Origin: Vermamoeba vermiformis
Lineage: Eukaryota
Length of the DNA: 20,000 nt
Direction: 5' to 3'
NCBI GenBank assembly: GCA_045837725.1
Contig: JBEWZL010000027.1
Coordinates: forward strand, 53,168-73,167
The notes under the pieces were generated by a model. That model did no database searches. It was given only the letters and a program-made list of their open reading frames with translations, and was not told where the DNA came from. The position numbers were made by a program, and so were the translations under genes. Position 1 is the stretch's first letter. Every line of letters starts with the position of its first letter. Of the stretch, positions 9,141 through 18,900 are shown in pieces.

Positions 9141-11972
9141 ATGCAAAAACTAACTATTTTTTTGGCAGGCAGCGTAATTGAATTTGTCACGACCACTAAA
9201 ATTATAGATGCATCCGTGGCACACAATTTCAGTGAATTAGAAACGCGAGTATATAAGAATCCTAGCGCGGCAAACAATACTTATATCATATGCAACTTGA
9301 TGTTATCTACGTCTGGCGAAGTGATATTCGCTGAACGCAGTTTTCTTTCGGGAAGTGGATTGAGCGGAGACACGATCCAAAACTTCCCTAATGACACCTA
9401 TATCGACATCGACGTTGTAGATGGTATAGATGCGTGTCGTTATGTTGCACTAACCAATTCAGTAAGTTAAATTAATAACAATAAGCAAGATCTAATTGTT
9501 TAGGTATATTGGATCATGCCGGATCAGCAGTCCGTCCCTGCAACAAATTTTTCAATTATAGAAGCTACTACTTCTGGAAATAATGACACCATCGCTATCA
9601 TGTGCAAGCCGGTGAGTACTGCAATATTCGAGAATTACTACGTTAATTAACGTTACGTAAACATAGGACACCACGATTGTCTTCCCTTCACCGCCGTTTA
9701 ACTGGCCCGCGTTATATAACTGCAAGACATTAGACGCCGTATATAACCGTAAGTAAAAATGAAACGTATCTTGAAATCGAGATTTCCTTTTATGGCATTG
9801 TGAGTTTTCGGATCCGAATTATGTTAACGACTTCGTTTACAGCGTTTGATGACGTAGTTTATACCGCCCGTCACGACGGATTGATGGACGCACCAGATCC
9901 GGTGATAGTTGGGCTATCCAATGGCACGGCTTTTATCGCCATGCAAGGACTCGTGGGTGCTTTTTCTGGAGGTGGTGCGAACCCTAGCTTCGCTATATGG
10001 CCAAACGGAAACTACATGTTATGTGGAGAAGGCAAAGGTCTAACAGTAAGCTTGACACGTGTCATCAGATCTGCTTTCTAACAATGGATCCATCATTTAG
10101 ATTATTTGTAGCAATCAACATTCATACGCTGAAGTGCTTTGGCTTAATAGCACTGCTGAATATTACTACTCAAGGCCAGTCATTTCAGCGCTTGACGATT
10201 CACTGTTCGCTTTGAGTGCGCTCAAGACGTACTACAATGGCACCGCAGGCGAATACACCGTGCTCGTAATGAATCAACTATTCGGAGTGATTAACACATA
10301 CACGAAGCAAAATGTTACTATTGTGACACAACGAGCAATGGACGGCTACATTTTTGTCACCTACTTCACAAACGAAGCGCTCTCAATAGACGTACTTCAA
10401 TATAAAACGGTAAGTGTTTCGTGCTGAAGTTGACACGTGTCAATCTAATTGCACTCTCAGACTGCACCTGCCGCACCTGTTACAGCACCAGTGGCAGCTT
10501 CACCAGTTGTTCAGGCCCCCTCAGTAACGCCGAGCGAACTGCCAACCCCGTCGTTAAACTCACCACAATCGTCTGTAGTTGCTCCTGAAGGCTTATCTCA
10601 AGACGCTACGATCGCTGTAGCAGTCGTAGTGTCGGTCGTTGGAGCAGGCTTGGTGGCATTTTTCATCGTGTTTTTCGTGAAGAGAAACAACAAAGAAAAG
10701 AACAAGAAAGAGCAAATTGAAGACGAAGACAAGACCAAGTACGAGCCAATTCAACTCAACAATCCCGTGGCACTCACCAATACCACGAGCTCGTCTTCTG
10801 GAACGTTTGACGCGGAGTCCATTGACAAGCGCTTGAGAATCCCGTACAAGAGATTGAAGTTCATTAAAGAGATTGGCGCAGGTAGCTACGGAAAAGTATT
10901 CTACGGGTAAGTCTAATCTACTGCACAACGTGAAAACTTTGCACTTATATAACCTCCGTGTTTCAGTGAATGGCGTGGCGCTAAAGTAGCGATCAAAGTC
11001 AACAATCAGATTGCCGACATTGAAGGATTTTTGCACGAAGCAAAACTTACGCTGTAAGTACTACAATAGGCAACAATACCTCAGTCATTCAAACGACTTT
11101 TGTTTCACTGAATGGTTCGTTCATGAAAACTAATGACATTTACAGTGGCATTGCACCACACCCTAATCTCGTGCAAACGTTCGGCGTGAGTCTCGACGGA
11201 CCCAATCCGTGCATTGTGCTCGAGTTCTGTGGCGGTGGCAGTCTCGACAAGCTCGTGTTCGACAAGAAGACCAAATTGACCAATCAGCAGCGTAAAGACT
11301 ACGCACTGAAGATTGCATATGGACTGTTGCATCTTCATCAAAACAACATTGTGCATCGTGACTTGGCAGCACGCAACATCTTGGTACGTTATGCTAAGTG
11401 ACTTCAGTTTGACATTACTGACATATGAGTCTAGTTGACTACAGATGGCGAGCCTAAAATCACTGACTTTGGCATGTCACGTATCATTCGCGATGATTTG
11501 GCACAAGGCAAAACGAGACAAACCGTCGGACCAATGCGATGGATGGCACGTACTTTTGACCCAAAATTATAGCTTGGATATATTTACTTATGTCCTATAG
11601 GCCCCCGAAAGTCTAGTCGACCAGACTTATAGTTTCAAATCAGATGTTTGGACATACGGCATTTTAGGTGCGTAATTTTGGTTGCGTAACATTGGATCTG
11701 ACGCGAACGTTGAAGTGTACGAGTTGGTTGCTGGGGAAGAACCTCACGATGACGAAGACCAATTATACATTGGTGCTATGATACGCGATGAAGGATACAC
11801 CCCTGAGATACCTAAAGATTGCGATCCAGCGTTGAGGCACGTGATGGAGATCTGTTGGAAAAAGGATCCAAATGACAGACCCGTAAGTCAATTCTTTTAA
11901 TTATGAGCCAAAGAAATTAACTCTTTTTTAAAGCTTGTAGAGGAAATAGTCGATTATTTGCAAAACAACTAG
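9141..11972 (+). CDS. Single-pass receptor protein kinase with tyrosine-kinase-type motifs (5' end uncertain)
   Basis: N-glycosylation-rich ectodomain over several exons, P/S/T stalk, TM helix IAVAVVVSVVGAGLVAFFIVFFV followed by KRNNK, then IGAGSYGKV, VAIK, HRDLAARNIL, DFG, GPMRWM|APE, KSDVWTYG, CWKKDPNDRP, stop at 11970-11972. A branch site and acceptor at 9149-9168 suggest an unlocated upstream exon. Confidence 0.9.
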
Positions 11973-12193
11973 CCAGGAAAACTGGATGAGATCTGGCTCA
12001 TCGTCACCGACCGCAGGCAAGTTGAATTCGAATTACCATGACCATATTTTGCATAGGAGTAAAGAATGCAACTAAAAAATTATGGCGGAAAAACTGACGA
12101 AGAATACAAAAAGATTTTTGTTGTGGATCGCTACTTTTTTTATTCTTTTTTGTCAATACGCATCATTTTAATTATCCTTAGCTAGTGAATACC

Positions 12194-14041
12194 ATGGAGA
12201 AAGACGACCTATACGTTAGCCCTCAACTTGACACCGAGAAAAAAGATAAAAGGTACCGCATCCACTGAAGCTTAATTAAAATAATCGATTATAATATTCT
12301 AATATTCATAGGCAACGATTATGCAAGAGTGTGGTGGAAGGAAACCGTTGCCGTTACCGGAATAAATCTTGCTGGCATGCCCATCCAGCCAAGAAAAACC
12401 TGAAAAAATTCGAGTTTGATTCTTACCTGTTTTACTCGTTTAAAACAAAGTTAGAAAAGATAGACAAATTGCTTTTTTGGATTGAAAAATCCAGCTCTGC
12501 CCGCAACATCCTGACGTACGCCAAATCAGAGGAGAATGACATGGAGCAAGCGGTCGAAGAAGCCTTTAAACAGGTAGTAGGTACCAATGACATGGCTTAT
12601 GAAGCAATCAGCCGCTGCGTGACGAAAATTCGAGAAAATACCGGATGCGGCACATACGGATTGGAATTACCTGAAAATCCTTATGTCATTCGCGAACGAT
12701 ATAATAATAACCCTCAACATATCGTTAAAAGTATTAACAGCCCCGAAGCACTGAAATTTTGGACTGTCAAAAAGGGTTGTTCCGACATCCACCCACTAAA
12801 CAAAACAGATCCGAGAGTAAGTAGGAGAATTGTGGATTTATACCGGTGCTAAAATTAAACTAGCCAACACTCCGCGGTGACATCAAGCTCGGCGACACAG
12901 TAGAAGTTATTCCCAAAAGTAACAACCCAAAGCCAGTCTCAGCTCTCGACGTTTCATGCGGGACAAAAGAATTTGCTGCGCATATTCTAGCTGTAGTAAG
13001 ATTTAATTCTTAAACTGATAATTCTATACACGCTTAATTTACGACTGCTAACTTATTTATTCTAGGAAAAAGTTTATGCTCCCGACATTGTCTGCTCAGG
13101 CTCTACGCTATCGCAGATTCTAAACTGGTTGATGGAGCTTCGTTATAACTGGGACAGACATTTAATTTGTTTTGAAAAGATGGGAGAATCGGTTTGGGCG
13201 CATTGCTTGTACGCCGATCCGGATCACGTTCCAACGACACAATCTGAAGATATGTAAGTAACGTATATTACTATAATACAATGAACGATAAATTAACGAG
13301 GAAAACTAGTATGGCCTTCACTACATCTATCGAAGAATTCCTTTTAACGAACGTACAGAAAGATGAATTTATCTACGCTACGTCACCATTCACCTTCGGC
13401 GAGTTTAAGTTCTTAACGTACTATGAAGTGGATGGATTTCTCGGAGATCAACCTCTCGAGATCAAAAGTCAAAAAATCGTTCCCGATTTTTTAGGAAGGT
13501 AACTAATATTGTTATTATTTATCATCTAAAATAACTCTGGCTTAACGAAAACTTCTGTAGGAATTCAGCCGAGAGTATTAAGAATTCGTACATCTTTACT
13601 CCGGGTAAAAACTGCTTTCGATACCTTCAATACTCAAAAAAGACCCTGAATAAGGATGGCTCGGCTTACAAAATCGAGAGCGGAATGATAAGCGACAGCT
13701 TAAGCGAAAATGGCAAGTCAAACAACGACGCGCAACGTCCTATGAACGAGTTGCATGGGCTATTAGCCAGGGTTAAAAGCATGCTGAAAGAAGAGGATTG
13801 CCATGCAGTCGTCCTTCAATTGCAACCACGTGACGCGAAGATAAAGTTCAGAAAAATAAAGAAAAATGGAGGAATAATCAAAAAGGAAGAAGAAAAAGAT
13901 AATCAGATCAAGTCGAAAAAAGTGACCAAGACGCATAAAAAAGAAGCAAAAGCAAACAAGAACACTTCCTGCACGAATACATTTGCTTTACTCGCTGGCG
14001 AAGAGGACGCCGAGGATGAAGACGATTCCTTATCAGCATAA
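12194..14041 (+). CDS. CCCH zinc finger plus divergent RAI1/DXO-like PD-(D/E)XK nuclease-fold protein, ~517 aa
   Basis: Exons 12194-12252, 12312-12816, 12864-12995, 13066-13253, 13310-13498, 13561-14041 join in frame (1554 nt). C-x8-C-x6-C-x3-H (CKSVVEGNRCRYRNKSCWHAH); PDIVCSGSTLSQIL; IEEFL; FGEFKFLTYYEVDG..PLEIKS; basic then acidic tail. Confidence 0.65.
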
Positions 14042-14140
14042 CAATAAAACTTGGCACGTGTTGTTAAGTAAAGACATTTTTTATATACTATAGCTATATC
14101 ATACACATGGTTTGTTTAATATTACAATTGTTACGACACT

Positions 14141-16678
14141 CTAGGGGGTTGGGTTTAGTTTTTGCTCATCTGTATCTGTTCTGTGAGAACTTTTTGATTG
14201 CTCGGCCGAGGACGATGAGGAGGAAGACGACGATGATCTTTCCTCTTGTTGTTCTTCTTTTTTCTCTTCTTGAGCGGGAGTTGATTGAGATTGTTGCTTC
14301 ATTTTAGCTTCAAATTCGCTAAGTTTTTGTTTCAGATCTTGGTTCTCTTTGACGAGCTTGTCCACCTGCTCACGAACAGAAGAGTCGCTAATCTTATTAA
14401 TGGAGTTGCTCGAGGTAAAGCCAGTGTCTTGAGTGGTTCCAGTAGTGTGGCCAGGCGAAGTAGAGTTGTCCAAGGTGCGAATAAAGTAGATCTTGTTGGC
14501 GTACAAACTGATCACGGCAACGGTGTTACCAATAACGATGGCAAGGGATCGCACGATGAATAAGACCTCTCGGTTAACGGATCCAACAAATTGCAAGATC
14601 GTGATCAACACTGACAGCAATGCAATGTTGTAGATAATGAAGGCCAAGATCCGTGACTCGTTGTAAAGTTTTCGCTTCAGCTTGCGAATTCTGATGGCCA
14701 AGTAAAGTCCGAACATAAGGAGGACGCCGTTGGCTATCACAGCGATGATCGTGAAGGCAAAGCTGACGGTGTTCTCGGAGCATTTGAGGTACCAAGTTGA
14801 GGGTCTGAACTGATCCGGAGTTACCATATCAACACCAGCTTGATAGTAAGCAATGACGATGACAATAGCAGCTTCAGACAACAGGAATGCCATCAAAATA
14901 AGACCAAGTCTGACGTTCGAGATCTTGAACATCTTCAAAGACTGTTCGTTGTAGAGCATGTGGATTCTCCAAGACTTGATGAACAACGCACCAAACGTCA
15001 TCACAAAGCCAATGCCGAGCAAGATAGGTGTCAAGGCGCACGTGGCGATGTTGTTGCTGGTCAGTCTCCAAGTGAAGATGGTCGAGTTGCCAATCATAGT
15101 ACCGATCAAGATAAGCACCATGAATGAGAAAGTCGATGCGCGCATGACGCGGTGGTTGCGGTGCTTGATTGTGTAGATTAAGAAGGCTACTGAGATCAAT
15201 GAAGCAACAATGGACAAGGCGTAAAGACCCCATTCGGTTGACGTCAGATCCGAGTTGTATTCTCGTTCAGCCCACTACGAATAACATGAGGTTAGTAAAT
15301 ATGACGCATATATGACGATCAACACTATTATAATCACTTACAGTTGGCATAGGATAAACGAATTGAACTTGTTGAATTCTGCTGGGACCGGCGATTCCAA
15401 CGGCGGCGGTTAGGTTGGTGATCGATGGATCAGAGGGAGCAACGTCGATCTGTTGAGTAATGTTGGGCAAATATTGCAGCAAGATTGTTGAGCGGAGTTG
15501 TGAGTGATCAGAAGCGAATTGGAACGAGCCAAAGAAGCTGTCCAAGTTGAGGCGTTGAATGGCTTGAGCGAGCTCGTCGTCGTTCAAAGAGCCTGCAGAC
15601 GTGATAGCATTCGCTAGAATAAGGCCAGCAACCGTTCCAGTCGCTAATTGGGCAGTCGGAGCAGATCCAAATCTAGATTGAATTCTGCTGGAATAGTTTG
15701 AAAAGGAACCGAACCATGGATCGCTGAATTGAATATCTGCCGCACATTATTAATATCAATCATGACATTTCAATTCATTACATTACCTGGATAGAGCACA
15801 ACGTGGCCCGCAGTAAACACTAAAAGTTCGGGATCAACCACGGTCGGAAAATTAGAATTGATATTGCCGATAATTATTGCTTTTGGGGTATATTGATGTG
15901 TGTTCTTCATTTCATGCAGCAAGTAGTTCAAAGAAGGAGTATCTGTGCACAAAACCATCACATCCGCATCTTTTTCAATCATTCCTACTAAAGCAGATTC
16001 GAGAGCAGCTTTTGTGGTGTTGCTTGGTTCTGCGGTGAAAACTGCAGGTACGTGCCATTCGTCCAATACTTCCAAGGCATAGTCAGCAAGGTTGGCTTTG
16101 AAACCGGCGCATTGACCAGCATTGAACGGATCTGAATCAATCAACATGGTGACATTTCGAGCTCCGGCAACGCGCAAAGCTGACATAGAAGGTAGCATGT
16201 AACGAGAAGTTGAAGGATAAGCTGAGTAGGCTTTCGCAGTGCCCAAGTAAAATTCTTGCGCGCCAACGAGAGTGCCGAGGATGAGCCTATTGAAACTTTC
16301 AGACACTGTTCTGGCAATCAAACTGAAGCTAGTAGCAACGGGACCAAATACAACATCGACTGTAGGGTCGTTGTAGAGCTCGGTGTAAGTAGATGCAGTC
16401 GTGTTTCCGTCACCGTAGTTCTCGAGCACTTTGAGTGAGAATAACAGCCGAGCTACTGTTCCGTTCTCTAATTTGACTTGCCAATCATACTCGTTGTTGA
16501 TCCAGTCCGTAAAGAAGGTCAATCCGTTAAGCAAATCCTTTGATGCGCAGTTGAGGAAAGGAAAAGGAGCTTTTTGGGCCAAGCTGATACCAATATTGAC
16601 CTGAAGGTTCGTCTGTGCAATGACAGAGCACAATATTAAGCTCGCAAAAAATAGACTAAGCTGAAACGTGCTCTTCAT
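14141..16678 (-). CDS. Class C (GABA-B/Dictyostelium Grl-like) G-protein-coupled receptor, ~806 aa
   Basis: Exons 16678-15787, 15736-15342, 15274-14141 (2421 nt). Signal peptide MKSTFQLSLFFASLILCSVIA; type I periplasmic-binding-protein-like ectodomain (VDVVFGP..., LDSFFGSFQF); 7tm_3 motifs (VMRASTFSF, GFVMTFGALFIKSWRI, YNESRILAFIIYN); C-terminal coiled coil. Confidence 0.9.
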
Positions 16679-17551
16679 TCTTGTGGATGTTCGTTAAATG
16701 AATACGTATTGGAAGTAAATTGAAATATTCATTTTTGTGATTATAAACTTTTCTCGTTTTGCATTTCCATAACTGTCTTTGTTCATGAAAAAAAACACTC
16801 TAAATACGGAGAAACTATTATTAGCCGCACGTTGACGTTTGTTGTCTGAGATTCACCGGGAGGCTCACACTGATTACATAGGGCATACCCGCGTTTAAGA
16901 TACTTGATTGGCTTCAGGTCAGAAACTAATATCTAACGGCTAATTGAGCGGCTCGGAGACCTTCCGATGATGGCAAGAATCGTTAAATTGCAAAGCCTGA
17001 TTGAAATGGCAATAATGACAATGTTGTATATCGAAAGGAGAAACGACGTGGTGCATACTAACCGCCTCTGATTTACCATTTCACGAAGCGGAAGATCTGG
17101 TTCAATTCAACGACAACTTTTAAATTAATTTCAGCGTTAAATCGGCGAATTGCGAATTTAATATCTGTTACAGCGGAGATAGCTTATTTTTGTCACGTTA
17201 GATTGCCGACAAGTAACCGGCATACGAGAGATAGCCATAAAGATACTTTCTGGATCTTGCAAATCATTGCAAGTTTGAATAAGTAATAAAAATTAATCTT
17301 ATAACCGCATCCCGCATTAGTATAACCTCGAAGTTTAAATTACCGAGCACGAGATTAAAATCAAAAACGCAATTTATTTCCCGATTCAAAGGCCAGTAAG
17401 AATATAAATCACTAAATTTCTTTACAACGTTAGGATCTTAGTCCCAAGTCAAGTGCGGAGAAATAGTGTTTTGGAATTTTACACATCTGACAGTCGTCAC
17501 GAGTTACATAAATAAGCTCGTAATGACGACCACAATTAATCAAACGAAACA

Positions 17552-18094
17552 ATGGATAAGACGCAACTTAATATTGTCAAGAATAAGCTAATGATGGAAA
17601 CAATGCGGAGCGTTAATCTACGCATTAAATCTGAAAACGCTGATACAGCAATTTCGGATGAGTGTGAAAGACGCTGGGCATTATTATTCGACAATAGAAT
17701 ACAATCACAATACACTCGATCAGTCAGTTTGCACGATTTTATGCCCGAGGCTGTATTTATTTCCCGGTTCTACCCTCTCATCGCACATCTCAGCAAGTGG
17801 AAGTGCTTCAAAACACGATCAGTTGCCAAGGCGAGGAATTATCCTTTTCAAGTCACGACCACCTTCGAGATTACAAGTCATGAATTGGCCGCTGCACTTT
17901 TTCCAACTTTGTGTCAGATGCGATCGCACTCGTTATCAAACAATGCAATAATATTTTATTTCTTCGATACAATAGATGAACCTCTTAAACTTACGTACAA
18001 CTGGACAACACAAGAATTAGCAGTATCATTTTGTTATCGTCTTTTTCAGCGGCGCATAGATGAAAGAAACGAGATTGTATTAGTTGAATTGTAA
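17552..18094 (+). CDS. Intronless hypothetical protein, 180 aa
   Basis: Open frame with A-rich ATG context and globular-looking composition, followed by AATAAA; an in-frame ATG may lie slightly upstream. No family recognised. Confidence 0.55.
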   Translation: MDKTQLNIVKNKLMMETMRSVNLRIKSENADTAISDECERRWALLFDNRIQSQYTRSVSLHDFMPEAVFISRFYPLIAHLSKWKCFKTRSVAKARNYPFQVTTTFEITSHELAAALFPTLCQMRSHSLSNNAIIFYFFDTIDEPLKLTYNWTTQELAVSFCYRLFQRRIDERNEIVLVEL

Positions 18095-18134
18095 ATAAAA
18101 TTTATTCTTATGTAAAAGTAATAATATAATAAAA

Positions 18135-18900
18135 TTAAAAGGTCGATTCCATGAGCACATCCTGGATTGGCTCGATCCCGTCTTCTAGTGGCAAAATTAT
18201 TTCGTCATTGTAAAAATAATCATCAACCTTCTCGGAAAGTGGAGGCACATCAGATCTGTAGTTAAAACTAAGTAATTGAAAGCAGATTCGAGTCATCTTA
18301 CGTTTTTTTGTCTTTTCGTCTCTTCAATTGCTTTTTTGAGTACGCCTGCAGCTTTGGAAATGTCGCGGAATGATGCGGCGCTATATTCAACTTGAGGCGT
18401 AAAAATATTGTGCGATAGACGCGTTGGAGTATTTGAATAGAAGCTGCCTTGCGTGTTAATCCACCATTGTGACTTGTTGCTCGTTGAAATATCCGTCGGT
18501 GAAACTTATGTGTTGCTTCGAAGCCCTCTTGTGAATATTGCGCAACCGAGCCACCATGTTGGAGCAAAATTTGTGTTAGGTGGGCACACAGGATGTGGAT
18601 GTACGGCGTTACAGCTTCGAACCCAAATGTGTCGACGTAATTATCAAAAAAATTCTTCAATAAATCAGGAAGTCTGCCAATTCGGTCCAATATTTCTGAT
18701 TGCTTTGTTTGTAAAAGAAAATATTGAATCTTCTTCCAACTAATCCACACTTCATTGTATTTTTGTCGCCTTTCTTCCTCCCGAGCAATTGACAATTTGT
18801 CAATATTTTCGAAAATTAGCTTTAGCTCGTGTCCGCGTAGCTCGCCTTGTCTTTCAATTCTGCATGAGGGATCGCTATCTTTTTTTGTTTTTTTTAATCG
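18135..18900 (-). pseudogene. C-terminal half of a RAG1/Transib/Chapaev-related DDE transposase, interrupted by an insertion
   Basis: GELRGHELKLI...VTPYIHILCAHLTQILLQHGGSVAQYSQEGFEATHKFHRR parallels the RAG1 core (MNGNFARKLM...[39 protein letters not shown]), including two Zn-binding His and the catalytic Glu. A 46-nt GT-AG intron (18301-18256) adds an acidic last exon ending at 18135. Confidence 0.75.

Noticed and set aside
14107-15233. Short ORFs overlapping the GPCR 7TM exon
   Set aside because: Antisense or off-frame shadows of a well-supported coding exon.
17552-18094. RAG2-like call for the orphan ORF
   Set aside because: Too short for a six-bladed kelch propeller; no GG repeats or PHD finger.
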